Below, in pieces: positions 48,982 through 60,758 of a stretch of DNA of 64,000 bases. Location: the NCBI GenBank assembly GCA_036676355.1, contig JAKFDA010000085.1:14027-78026 (forward strand), in the 5' to 3' direction. The stretch's first letter is position 1. The number at the start of each line of letters is the position of its first letter. The position numbers were made by a program, and so were the translations under genes. Source of the DNA: Nitrosomonadales bacterium (GTDB lineage Bacteria > Pseudomonadota > Gammaproteobacteria > Burkholderiales > SG8-39). The notes beneath the pieces were generated by a model that saw only the letters and a list, made by a program, of their open reading frames with translations, ran no database searches and was not told where the DNA came from.

Positions 48982-49324
48982 GGTGGCAACTTATATGCGT
49001 ACACCCGCAATGGATGATGTGGCGGCGCAATGAGGCAGTGCCCGGCAATATTGACGCCCCGGCATCGCGATCTTCCGTCCCATCACACGAGTCCTGCCAT
49101 ATGCGCCTTGCGCGCGGTTTGCAGGAACGTGCAAATCTTGTTCCGTTCAGTTGGTTATGCGGCACGCTCTGGGGTTCTACAAACAACCTACTGTTCAAGA
49201 CACTGCGGTTTGTTGCTGGCTTGGGGCACCGTTTGACACGCCGGCCGCGTCGACGGCTTGTGGTTGAAGCACGGCGCGGCACGTCTATGATTCCGATCGC
49301 CTCGAAACTTACGACATGTGCCGA

Positions 49325-49573
49325 TCAATGACCTCTGATGGTTTGCACCAACAGCGCCCGCTGTTTCCACTGCATGCCATTCAGACGCATCGACACGGTT
49401 TCGAGCGATCCCAACGGAGCGTCCGCGAATTCCAGCATGGCAGCCGGGCGCGAGCCGTCTCCATCAACTCGCTGTATGTGAGTGCATTCGAGGCCTGGGG
49501 CGTATCTCTTGACGAACGCCCGTAATTCATCGTCCGAAGTACCCGGCGCGATGTTAGCGACCCATAGCTTCAT
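49325..49573 (-). CDS. Small RRM-like (RNA-recognition-motif) protein
   Basis: 82 aa. KLWVANIAPGTSDDELRAFV (RNP2-like) ... AMLEF (RNP1-like). GGAG RBS. Overlaps the 3-prime remnant of the pta-like pseudogene. Confidence 0.55.
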   Translation of the reverse strand: MKLWVANIAPGTSDDELRAFVKRYAPGLECTHIQRVDGDGSRPAAMLEFADAPLGSLETVSMRLNGMQWKQRALLVQTIRGH

Positions 49574-50272
49574 GACGGGCTCCTATGCTTTCAATACGGC
49601 GCGGGTGTGCCGCGCTGTCGAGCGCGAGCGGCCCGTCAAGAATGCCGCCGGTGATCTGTCCGCGGTCGGCCATCTTGCACAGTGCCGCTGCATCGACGGT
49701 CGAAGGTACATTCGGATTCACCGTTTCCATTGCTGACAGGATCGCCACGCGCACTTCCTTTGCACCGAGGGCCTGGGCGAGATCGATGGCGTTCTGCACG
49801 ATATCGAACTTCGCCTTGAGCGAGGGCGCAATATTCACGGCCGCATCCGAAATCAGCAGCGGCTCCGGGCGGTCAGGGCACGTCCATGACGAAGCAATGG
49901 CTGATGTGGCGCGCAGTGCGCAAACCCGTATCGCGCTTCACGACCGCACTCATCAGTTCGTCGGTATGCAGGCTGGCCTTTCATCAAGGCCTCCGCCCTG
50001 CCCGCCCGCACCAGTTCGACCGCCGCCGCCGCGGCAGCCTCGCTGTACGGCGCGTCGACCAGTTCGAAACCCGAGATATCGAGATTGAACTGCTTGGCCG
50101 TCGCTTCGATCCTCGCTTTAGGGCCGACGAGTATCGGACGGATCAGGCCGAGCTTCGCGGCATCGGTGGCGCCCGACAGCGAGCTTTCATCGCATGGGTG
50201 CGCAACCGCCGTCGGCACCGCTTCAAACGCCTTCGCCCTGGCGATCAGACGCTCGTATTTCCCGTGGCTCAT
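49554..50272 (-). pseudogene. Phosphate acetyl/butyryl-transferase (Pta/Ptb-like) pseudogene
   Basis: Homology continues across three reading frames. Frame 1: MSHGKYERLIARAKAFEAVPTAVAHPCDES...ALMKG. Frame 2: LHTDELMSAVVKRDTGLRTARHISHCFVMDVP. Frame 3: PEPLLISDAAVNIAPSLKAKFDIVQNAIDLAQALG...GGILDGPLALD. Frameshifts lie near 49970-49976 and 49872-49882. The C-terminal ~70 aa of the family are missing. Confidence 0.7.
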
Positions 50273-50532
50273 ACGGTTCGCTCCGAAGGCGACGCAAATC
50301 ATCGGCAGGCGCCTACCCCGGCCCGGCAATGCTTCCGCCGATTCCACACAGCGCAAACAAGCTTACTGCCACGTCATCGAAGTCAGACATAGGGCTATGG
50401 TCGCATTGCTCCGCGTTTCGCAGGTCACTAGGCTGCGCTAGTAGCCGTTCGAGCGACGGCTGCAGGGAACTCAATGGCCGCAGGAGACCGCGATGGCAAG
50501 CGTTCCGAAACAAACGACTAAGCAACGGGAGC

Positions 50533-50961
50533 ATGCATGGCGCGGCTTCGCACCGGGCTCTTGACCGTTTCACCGACGAGGACGTGCAACTCATCGATCT
50601 GCATCTGCTGGATATCAAGTCCGGTGACCCCGCCATTTACGAAAGGGTGACGAACCATCCGCTGCAACCGACGCTCGACTACGCGCGCCGGCTATCCGAT
50701 CTCGGACGTCCGATGTGGATTCGCTATGTACTCGTCCCCGGCTTGACGGACGGTGTCGACAACGAGCAGCGCGTCGCCGATTTCGTTGCGGAGCTGAAGA
50801 GCGTGGAGCGGGCCGAGATCCTGCGCTTCCACCAGATGGGCGCAAGCAAGTGGCAGAAACTGGGCCTCGACTACAAGCTCGCGCACGTCGAGCCGCCGAG
50901 TGCTGAACTGACCGAACGCGTGCGCGAGCAGTTTCGCGGGCGTGGATTGACGGTTTACTGA
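50533..50961 (+). pseudogene. pflA: Pyruvate formate-lyase activating enzyme (PflA), C-terminal fragment only
   Basis: ...VQLIDLHLLDIKSGDPAIYERVTNHPLQPTLDYARRLSDLGRPMWIRYVLVPGLTDGVDNEQRVADFVAELKSVERAEILRFHQMGASKWQKLGLDYKLAHVEPP aligns with E. coli PflA residues ~100-246. The radical-SAM CxxxCxxC N-terminus is absent and no pflB is present. Confidence 0.75.
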
Positions 50962-50976
50962 GTAGAGGACCAGCTC

Positions 50977-51706
50977 ATGGAAGTCATCCGGATAATGCTC
51001 GAGCAGCAACCGATGATGGCGCTCTTTCTCACCATCGCTATCGGTTATCTCATCGGCGAGATCAACATCAAGGGTTTCTCGCTTGGCGTCGGGGCGGTCC
51101 TATTCGTCGCGCTCGGCATGGGATGGTTCGCGCCGAAGTCGGCTCCCGCGCCGATGGTCGGCACCTTGGGCCTGGCGCTCTTTCTCTACGGCGTAGGCGT
51201 GCAGTACGGCAAGCAGTTCTTCACCGGGCTGGCGAGCGTGAACGGACGCAAAGCGAATCTGCTCGCGTTGATCGGCGTACTCGCGGCCTGGCTCCTCGGC
51301 TATCTGCGGCGCACCGGCCCCTTGAACTGGACTATCCCGATTTCCGCGAACCTGGTGATGCGTAATCTAAGCCTGACGCTCTTCCTCGCCCAGGTCGGCA
51401 TGGCGTCCGGACCCAAGTTCGCGGCAACGGTAGCCGATACCGGACTGCTCATGCTGGGCTTGGGTGGGCTCGTATTGCTGGCGCTCGTGCTGCCGATCAT
51501 GCTCTTCGGCCTGTTCCTGTTCCGCAGGTCGTATGACGAAGTAGTGGGGGATCGTCGCCGGGGCGTGCGGCAATCCGGCGATCCTTGCTTATGGCAACAA
51601 GCTCACCCCCACCCAGCGGCCGGACATCGGCTACGCGATGATTTTCCCCGGCATGACGATTATCAAAATCCTTTTCGTCGATATCGTTCCAGCCCTGCTG
51701 CGATGA
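50977..51706 (+). pseudogene. AAE-family (YidE/YbjL/AspT-like) transporter, frameshifted and apparently internally deleted
   Basis: N-terminal Asp-Al_Ex motifs (FLTIAIGYLIGEINIKGFSLGVGAVLFVALGMG; LGLALFLYGVGVQYGKQFF) run into C-half motifs (WTIPISANLVMRNLSLTLFLAQVGMASGPKF). After a G5 run at 51546-51550 the family sequence continues in the +1 frame (IVAGACGNPAILAYGNKLTPTQRPDIGYAMIFPGMTIIKILFVDIVPALLR, stop at 51704-51706). No RCK_C/TrkA_C pair is present. Confidence 0.6.
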
Positions 51707-51765
51707 TCCGGGCGCTCCAGCGGCATATCGAAACCTCGTAGCCGATTATTTGCGCAGAGGCGCTT

Positions 51766-53439
51766 GTGTGGCCATCGCATGTCATGCCGTCCATCGTGTG
51801 GATGAGGGAGTATCGATCCCCATGGTTGCGCCCCGATCTGACTGCCGGCCTCACCGCCGCCACGATCGTCATTCCCAAAGCCATGGCCTACGCCACCATT
51901 GCGGGCCTTCCGCTGCAGGTAGGTCTGTACACGGCCATCGTGCCGATGCTGGTCTATGCGCTATTCGGCGCCTCGCGCGTATTGAGTGTCAGCACGACGA
52001 CGACGATTGCCATTCTCACTGCCGCGGAGCTGGGCCGTGCAGCCCCCGGCGGCGATGCGAGCACGCTCCTGACTGCCGCCGCGACCCTGGCCGTGCTCAC
52101 CGGCGCCATACTGTTGATCGCTTATCTCCTCAGGCTGGGCTTCGTCGCAAACTTCATCTCCGAGCCGGTGCTGACGGGATTCAAATCCGGCATCGGATTG
52201 GTCATCGTCGTGGATCAGTTGCCCAAGCTGTTCGGCATCCATATCGAGAAAACCGGCTTCTTCCGCGACATTGCCGCAATCGTTCAAGCGCTGCCCTCCA
52301 GCTCCATACCTACTTTTACGCTCGCCGCGCTATTGCTCTTGCTTATTTTCGGACTCGAACGTTATCTGCCGAAGTCGCCTGTCCCGCTCATCGCGATCGC
52401 GCTGGCCATCCTGGCGTCGGCATTGGGGCTGCGCGACATGAACGTGGAAATCGTTGGAAGCGTCCCCTCGGATCTACCCTCCTTTGTGCCGCCAGATCTC
52501 GGCCTCTTTGCTGAAATGTGGCCCGCCGCTGCCGGTATCGCGCTGATGAGCTTCACCGAAACGATCGCGGCGGCGCGCGCATTCGCCGCGCGCGGCGAAC
52601 CGCGGCCAGACCCGAATCAGGAATTGTTCGCCATCGGGTTGGCGAATGTCGCCGGCGGATCGATGGGGGCCATGCCGGCGGGCGGCGGCACTTCCCAAAC
52701 CGCGTTGAACCGCAGAGTGGGCGCGCGAACGCAGGTGGCCGCACTCATCACCGCCGGCACTGCCGTGGCCACCCTGCTCTTTCTTTCACCGCTCATTGCA
52801 CTGATGCCGCAAGCGGCGCTGGCGGCGGTGGTCATCGCTTATTCCCTCGAATTGATCAAGCCGGCGGAATTCCGCACGATCCGCCGCGTACGGCGTATCG
52901 AGTTTCGTTGGGCAGTGATCGCATTCGCGGGCGTCGTTTTCCTGGGGACCCTGCAGGGAATTCTGGTCGCTGTCGTCGCTTCGCTGTTCTCGCTGGCGCA
53001 GCAGGCTTACAACCCGCCTGTTTACGTGATGGGCCGCAAACGCGGCACGTCGGTATTCCGGCGTCTGTCGCCCGATCATCCCGACGACGAAGTGTGGCCG
53101 GGACTGCTGATTCTGCGTATCGAAGGCCGACTGTTTTTTGCCAACGCGCAGCAGGTCGCCGAAGCGATGCTGTCCTTCATCGCGCAAGCGAAGCCTAGCA
53201 TCGTGGTGCTCGATTGCAGCTCGGTGATCGACATCGAGTTCACCGCGGTCAGTTTGCTCGCGGAAACGGAGGAAGCGCTGCGCAGCGAAGGCATCACGCT
53301 ATGGCTTGCGGCCTTGAACCCTTCGGCTCTCGAGGTTGTGCGGCGTTCCAAACTGGGCGAGGCACTCGGTCGCGAACGTACATTCTTCAACCTGGATACC
53401 GCGGTGGCTCGATTCACCGCCGAAAGGATGAGCACATGA
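51766..53439 (+). CDS. SulP-family anion transporter with C-terminal STAS domain
   Basis: 557 aa (GTG start; alternative ATG at 51784). LRPDLTAGLTAATIVIPKAMAYATIAGLP, SEPVLTGFKSGIG. STAS-like tail (LILRIEGRLFFANA...VVLDCSSVIDIEFTAV). Confidence 0.88.
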   Translation: MWPSHVMPSIVWMREYRSPWLRPDLTAGLTAATIVIPKAMAYATIAGLPLQVGLYTAIVPMLVYALFGASRVLSVSTTTTIAILTAAELGRAAPGGDASTLLTAAATLAVLTGAILLIAYLLRLGFVANFISEPVLTGFKSGIGLVIVVDQLPKLFGIHIEKTGFFRDIAAIVQALPSSSIPTFTLAALLLLLIFGLERYLPKSPVPLIAIALAILASALGLRDMNVEIVGSVPSDLPSFVPPDLGLFAEMWPAAAGIALMSFTETIAAARAFAARGEPRPDPNQELFAIGLANVAGGSMGAMPAGGGTSQTALNRRVGARTQVAALITAGTAVATLLFLSPLIALMPQAALAAVVIAYSLELIKPAEFRTIRRVRRIEFRWAVIAFAGVVFLGTLQGILVAVVASLFSLAQQAYNPPVYVMGRKRGTSVFRRLSPDHPDDEVWPGLLILRIEGRLFFANAQQVAEAMLSFIAQAKPSIVVLDCSSVIDIEFTAVSLLAETEEALRSEGITLWLAALNPSALEVVRRSKLGEALGRERTFFNLDTAVARFTAERMST

Positions 53440-54260
53440 AAGCGAAAAAAAAGAATGCCAAGCGATCGGACGCCGCAGCGCCCCGGGAGCGATTGCCACG
53501 TCGGGCTTATGAAGAGGAACTCAGGAAACTGCATGTGGAGTTGGTCAAACTGCAGGAATGGGTCAAACACAAGGGCCTTAAGGTCTGCGTCGTTTTCGAG
53601 GGCCGCGACGGCGCCGGCAAGGGCGGAACGATCAAGGCGATCACCGATCGCGTGAGTCCGCGCATTTTTCGAGTGATCGCGCTGCCCGCGCCGACCGAAC
53701 GCGAGAAAAGCCAGATGTATGTACAGCGCTATCTGGGTCATCTGCCGGCCGCAGGCGAAGTGGTGATCTTCGATCGCAGTTGGTACAACCGTGCAGGCGT
53801 AGAGCGCGTGATGGGATTTGCGACTGAAGCGCAGGTCGAAAAATTCCTCACCTCCGTCTCCTGGGTCGAAAAAGCGATTGTGGAGTCCGGCATCATCCTC
53901 GTGAAATACTGGCTGGAAGTCAGTATGGACGAACAAACCCGGCGGCTTCAGGCGCGTATCGAGGACGGCCGCAAGATCTGGAAGCTCTCGCCTATGGATT
54001 TGAAGTCTTACAGCCGGTGGTACGACTACTCTCGGGCGCGCGACGCCATGTTCGGCGCAAGCGATACGGAGTTCGCCCCGTGGCATGTGGCGCAGACGGA
54101 CGACAAGCGGCGCGGCCGGCTGAATATCATCGCCCACCTCCTCGCACAGATCCCATATGAAGAAGTGCCGCGGCAAAAGGTGAAGCTGCCGGAGCGACAA
54201 GCGCGTGGCGACTATCACGATCCTGACTATCCGTATAAGTACGTCGAGGAGCGGTTTTAG
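53436..54260 (+). CDS. ppk2: Polyphosphate kinase 2
   Basis: Track ORF trimmed to ATG 53436, which overlaps the SulP stop (ATGA). 274 aa. FEGRDGAGKGGTIK Walker A, FDRSWYNRAGVERVMGF, lid motif. Confidence 0.9.
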   Translation: MKAKKKNAKRSDAAAPRERLPRRAYEEELRKLHVELVKLQEWVKHKGLKVCVVFEGRDGAGKGGTIKAITDRVSPRIFRVIALPAPTEREKSQMYVQRYLGHLPAAGEVVIFDRSWYNRAGVERVMGFATEAQVEKFLTSVSWVEKAIVESGIILVKYWLEVSMDEQTRRLQARIEDGRKIWKLSPMDLKSYSRWYDYSRARDAMFGASDTEFAPWHVAQTDDKRRGRLNIIAHLLAQIPYEEVPRQKVKLPERQARGDYHDPDYPYKYVEERF

Positions 54261-54361
54261 CGCGACCGGGTTTGTGGATATTTGACGACGCTATTGCGAT
54301 GGCCTGACGAGAGTCTGGCCAAGTACCGAAAGCGGGCCCGGCGCGACGCCCCAGGTGCGCT

Positions 54362-54859
54362 TCAGCGGGTTGCTTCGAGCTCCTCGCGTACATCCGCCAA
54401 CAGCCCCTCACAACTGTCTTCCAGCAGATCGAGGACCAGTTCGAAGCCGTCTGGACCGCCGTAGTAAGGGTCGGGCACGATGGTATGGGTCGAACGGCGG
54501 GCATAGACCATCATCGGCTTGATTTTGTGGGCCTCGGCTTCTGCCGCCATCCGCGCCATGATGCGGTAGTGATCATCGTCCATCGCGAGCAGCAGATCGA
54601 AGCGCTCGAAATCGCTGCGATCGAGTTTGCGCGCTCGCAATCTCGACAAGTCGTAACCACGGCTGCGCGCAGCGGCAACGGTGCGAGGATCGGGCGGATC
54701 GCCGATGTGGTACCCGTGCGTGCCGGCCGAGTCGATTTTTACGAGATGACCGAGCCCGGCGTCATTGGCCAGTTTACGGAACACGCCCTCGGCGGTTACG
54801 GAGCGGCAAATGTTGCCGGTGCAGACGAAAAGGATAGCAAGGCGATTCAGCGAAGTCAT
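54362..54859 (-). CDS. Low-molecular-weight protein-tyrosine phosphatase
   Basis: Trimmed to MTSLNRLAILFVCTGNICRSVTAEG (CX5R(S/T) P-loop), with DP at ...VPDPYYG. 165 aa. Confidence 0.85.
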   Translation of the reverse strand: MTSLNRLAILFVCTGNICRSVTAEGVFRKLANDAGLGHLVKIDSAGTHGYHIGDPPDPRTVAAARSRGYDLSRLRARKLDRSDFERFDLLLAMDDDHYRIMARMAAEAEAHKIKPMMVYARRSTHTIVPDPYYGGPDGFELVLDLLEDSCEGLLADVREELEATR

Positions 54860-54972
54860 GCGTCCGCAGTGTACCGAGTCTGCCGTGAAAATCCCGGCAG
54901 GCGCGCTGCAAAAACGATTCCAGCCATCGTGCGATGGCTGGAATGAGCGATGTTCGGTAATAGCGAAGGCGG

Positions 54973-55467
54973 CTAACGCTCCCAACGGACCTTCAAATTA
55001 CCCTGCTGGTCGTACCCGAAATGGAGCGCGCCACCATAAGCCTCGCGCAACGCCTCACCGATATCACGCGCCAGATAAACGTCGGTCGTCGTAGCGCGCA
55101 GTCCGCGCGGGGTGTCCTCGATGCGCATGATGCGCTGAAGCGGGTGGCGGGCGCGCTGGCTGGCTTCCCGTTGTCGGGCAACCCGCTTCATTTCCTCGCG
55201 ATGAGATGCGACGGACGCTCCTTCAAGCGTAAGCCAGGCGGCCGGCTTGTTGTTGCGCAATCGCTCGCATGCCGGGCAGCGCACTTCGTGCGCGCTCAGC
55301 GGCACCGAACCCCAGCGCCAACGTCCCTCGTAATACACGGCATCGCAGTCGGAACACTGCGCCGGCTCCGGAACGGCACCTTTTTTCGGTTCCGCATACC
55401 CGCCCACCGATCCGGGCAGCGGCGCATCCAGCCGCGCTCCTTTTGGCACGTGCACTTCGAAGTTCAT
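54973..55467 (-). CDS. Conserved hypothetical Cys4 zinc-ribbon protein
   Basis: 164 aa. CSDCDAVYYEGRWRW...VRCPACERL gives CxxC...CxxC. Basic and helical middle. No family assignment I can defend. Confidence 0.5.
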   Translation of the reverse strand: MNFEVHVPKGARLDAPLPGSVGGYAEPKKGAVPEPAQCSDCDAVYYEGRWRWGSVPLSAHEVRCPACERLRNNKPAAWLTLEGASVASHREEMKRVARQREASQRARHPLQRIMRIEDTPRGLRATTTDVYLARDIGEALREAYGGALHFGYDQQGNLKVRWER

Positions 55468-55613
55468 GATCTCGCCCTCGTCCGTTTATCGCCTGATGGC
55501 TTCCGGCAATCGAATTGAAGCAACGATCGCTCCGAAGGACGATAGCGCTGCGATGATTTCGCCTATTGAGCTTTATCAAGAGAACTGATCGCGCTGTCGG
55601 CAAAGCTGGAGCC

Positions 55614-57665
<2,052 letters not shown>

Positions 57666-57708
57666 GAGTAAAATCGCGGGCTGGTCCAACGAGCCCCAGT
57701 CTATCACG

Positions 57709-58926
57709 ATGAGTTCAGCCCCCTCCGCCCTCTTTGCCCACGTCGAAATGGCGCCCCGCGATCCCATTCTCGGCATTACCGAAGCCTACAAGGCCGACAA
57801 GAACCCGAACAAAGTGAACCTCGGCGTCGGCGTCTACTATGACGACGACGGCAAATTGCCGCTGCTCGAGTGCGTCAAACGCGCCGAGCGGGAAATGACC
57901 GAGAAGGCATCGCCGCGGGGCTATCTGCCCATCGACGGCCTCGCCGCTTACGACACGGCCGTGCAAGGACTGGTGTTCGGCGCGGACAGCGCCGCGGTCA
58001 AGGAAAAGCGCATCATAACCGTGCAATCGCTCGGCGGCACCGGCGGCCTGAAAGTCGGCGCCGACTTCATCCGTCGCGTGAATCCGAACGCGGAATTGTG
58101 GATCAGCGACCCGAGTTGGGAAAACCACCGTGCGGTGTTCGAGGCCGCCGGTTTCAAGGTCCACACCTACCCCTACTACGATGCGGCGACGCACGGCGTG
58201 AAGTTCGACGCCATGATCGAAGCACTGAGCAAGCTGCCTGCCGGTTCGGTCGTCGTGCTGCACGCCTGCTGTCACAACCCCACCGGCGTGGATCTCACCA
58301 CCGATCAGTGGACCGCAGTCATCAAGACCGTCAACGAGCATGGCCTGGTGCCGTTCCTCGACATCGCCTACCAAGGCTTTGGCGACGGTCTGGACGCCGA
58401 CGGCGAGGTCATCCGTCGCTTCGCAGAAGCGGGTGGCCCGGTTTTCGTGTCCAACTCGTTCTCGAAATCAGTCTCGCTTTACGGCGAACGTGTCGGCGCT
58501 TTGAGCATCGTCGCCACCAGCGCGGAAGAAGCCGCGCGCGTGCTCTCGCAAGTGAAGCGTGTCGTGCGGACCAACTACTCCAATCCGCCCACCCACGGCG
58601 GCCAGATTGTTGCCACCGTGCTGAGCAGCCCGGAACTGCGCGAAATCTGGGAAAAGGAACTTGCGCAAATGCGCGACCGCATCAAGACGATGCGTGCGCA
58701 ACTGGTCGATAAGCTCAAGGCCGCCGCGCCGAACACCGATTACAGCTTTGTCGCCAAGCAGCGCGGCATGTTCTCCTACTCGGGTCTCACCAAGGAGCAG
58801 GTGCGCAGGCTGCGAGAGGACTACGGCATCTATGCGGTCGATAGCGGGCGCATCTGCGTCGCAGCGTTGAACTCGAAGAACATCGACTACGTCGCCAACG
58901 CGATCGCCAAAGTGATCGCCGCCTGA
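57709..58926 (+). CDS. Aspartate/aromatic amino acid aminotransferase (AspC/TyrB class I)
   Basis: Trimmed to [64 protein letters not shown]-lysine motif. 405 aa. Confidence 0.9.
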   Translation: MSSAPSALFAHVEMAPRDPILGITEAYKADKNPNKVNLGVGVYYDDDGKLPLLECVKRAEREMTEKASPRGYLPIDGLAAYDTAVQGLVFGADSAAVKEKRIITVQSLGGTGGLKVGADFIRRVNPNAELWISDPSWENHRAVFEAAGFKVHTYPYYDAATHGVKFDAMIEALSKLPAGSVVVLHACCHNPTGVDLTTDQWTAVIKTVNEHGLVPFLDIAYQGFGDGLDADGEVIRRFAEAGGPVFVSNSFSKSVSLYGERVGALSIVATSAEEAARVLSQVKRVVRTNYSNPPTHGGQIVATVLSSPELREIWEKELAQMRDRIKTMRAQLVDKLKAAAPNTDYSFVAKQRGMFSYSGLTKEQVRRLREDYGIYAVDSGRICVAALNSKNIDYVANAIAKVIAA

Positions 58927-58968
58927 GCCTCGATACCTCCTGCGCGTTCAAAGCGCCGGCAGGCAGAT

Positions 58969-59008
58969 AAAACCGCGCACCTGGTGCAAATCAGGCGCGC
59001 GGTTTTCT
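58969..59008. terminator. Bidirectional hairpin terminator between the convergent aminotransferase gene and cysI
   Basis: aaaaccgcgcacctg-gtgcaaat-caggcgcgcggtttt. Long GC stem flanked by an A-run and a T-run. Confidence 0.55.
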
Positions 59009-59010
59009 TA

Positions 59011-60750
59011 TCAGTCGTTGGAATCCTTGCCGTGCAGCACCGGCCGCACGTAGCCGGCACGGATGACGAAGTCGCCGAAAGGCTCGGCATCCAGGCGTTC
59101 CTTGGCGAAATGCGCAAACAGCTTGTCGAGCTCCTGCAGGATGCGCTCTTCGCCGATGTTTTCCAGATACAGCCGATTCAAGCGCTGGCCGTGGTGGCCG
59201 CCACCCAGATACATGTTGTACTTGCCGAGCGCCTTGCCCGTGAAGCCGATCTCGGAAATATACGGTCGCGCGCAGCCATTGGGGCAGCCCGTCATGCGCA
59301 GGGTGATCGGTTCATCGGCCAAACCATAACGCGCCAGTATCGGTTCGATTTTCGTAATCAGGCCGGGCAGATAGCGTTCGCTTTCCGCCATCGCCAGTCC
59401 GCAGGTCGGCAGACCGACGCAGGACATCGAGTTCAGGCGCAAGGTGCTGGCGCGATTGTTCCGACCGAGACCGTGCCGCTCGAGCACTTCGACGATGCAC
59501 GCCTTATCCTTTGCTGCAACGTTGGCGATGATCACATTCTGGTTCGGCGTCACGCGGAACTCGCCATCATGAATACGAGCGATTTCCTGCAACCCCGTCA
59601 TCAGCCGAAGGTTTTCGTGGTCAATCACGCGGCCGTTCTCGACGAATAAGGTGTAGTGCCAACGGCCGTCGGAACCCTGCACCCAGCCGTATTGATCGCC
59701 GTTGGTAACGAACACCGCTTCGCACGGCGCCTCCAGCGGGAAACCGAGACGGCGCTCCAATTCTCCGCGCAACCATGGCAGACCCTTGTCATCCACCGTG
59801 TACTTGAAACGTGCACGCGCGCGGTTGGCGCGGTTGCCGTAGTCGCGCTGGATCGTGACGATCGTCTGCGCGAAATGGAGCAACTGCTCCTTCGGGATGT
59901 AGCCGATCAAATCGCCCAGGCGCGGATAGGTCTCCGGCGTGCGATCGGTGCGCCCCATTCCGCCGCCGACGGTGATATTGAATCCAAGCAGTTTTTCGCC
60001 ATCGGCAATCGCGATCAGACCGACATCCTGGCTGTATACGTCGATGTCGTTCAGCGGCGGAATGGCGAAACCGAACTTGAATTTGCGCGGCAGATAAGTC
60101 GCGCCGTATACCGGCTCTTCCGGCTCCGACGAAATCTTCTTTTCGCCATCGAGCCAGATTTCGTAATAACCGCGCATGCGGGGAATCACGTGGTTCGAAG
60201 TCGCCCGCGCCAGTTCCAGCACTTCGCGATGCACCGTCGAAAGATGCGGATTGACCGATGACATCACGCCACGCGTATCGTCGCCGCAGGCAGCGATGGT
60301 ATCCAGCAGGACCGAATCGAGCCCCTGAATGATGTTTTTTACGTCGTGCTTCAACACCCCGTGAAACTGGAATGTCTGGCGCGTGGTCAGGCGCAGCGAA
60401 GGCGTGCCGTAGGCAAGCGCGAGTTCGGACAACTTCAGCCACTGCGCCGGCGTGCAGACACCGCCAGCCAGCCGTACGCGAATCATGAACTGATAGGCCG
60501 GCTCGAGTTTCTGGCGCCGACGTTCATCGCGCAGGTCGCGATCATCCTGCTGATAGATGCCGTGAAACTTCATCAGCTTGGTGTCGTCGGCGACAACCGA
60601 GCCGGTCAAGCCGTTGGCAAGACTGGTGCTGATCGTGCCGCGCAACTGATTGCTGCCCGCCTTCAGGCGCTCGTCGGCGCTCAGCTTTTCCAGCGGTTGA
60701 GACAGATCGGCGCTGCGGTCGACTTCCAGGGTGGAGCTTTCGCTATTCAC
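59011..60750 (-). CDS. cysI: Assimilatory sulfite reductase (NADPH) hemoprotein beta subunit
   Basis: 579 aa. KFHGIYQQDDRD, SMSCVGLPTCGLAMAESERY and MTGCPNGCARP (siroheme/4Fe-4S Cys cluster). Confidence 0.93.
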   Translation of the reverse strand: MNSESSTLEVDRSADLSQPLEKLSADERLKAGSNQLRGTISTSLANGLTGSVVADDTKLMKFHGIYQQDDRDLRDERRRQKLEPAYQFMIRVRLAGGVCTPAQWLKLSELALAYGTPSLRLTTRQTFQFHGVLKHDVKNIIQGLDSVLLDTIAACGDDTRGVMSSVNPHLSTVHREVLELARATSNHVIPRMRGYYEIWLDGEKKISSEPEEPVYGATYLPRKFKFGFAIPPLNDIDVYSQDVGLIAIADGEKLLGFNITVGGGMGRTDRTPETYPRLGDLIGYIPKEQLLHFAQTIVTIQRDYGNRANRARARFKYTVDDKGLPWLRGELERRLGFPLEAPCEAVFVTNGDQYGWVQGSDGRWHYTLFVENGRVIDHENLRLMTGLQEIARIHDGEFRVTPNQNVIIANVAAKDKACIVEVLERHGLGRNNRASTLRLNSMSCVGLPTCGLAMAESERYLPGLITKIEPILARYGLADEPITLRMTGCPNGCARPYISEIGFTGKALGKYNMYLGGGHHGQRLNRLYLENIGEERILQELDKLFAHFAKERLDAEPFGDFVIRAGYVRPVLHGKDSND

Positions 60751-60758
60751 GTTGAGCC

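Noticed and set aside
49325-49573. The RRM-like gene as a mobile insertion that truncated the pta-like gene.
   Set aside because: No repeats, target duplication or mobility genes flank it. The overlap is compatible with simple deletion and decay, so insertion cannot be supported from sequence alone.
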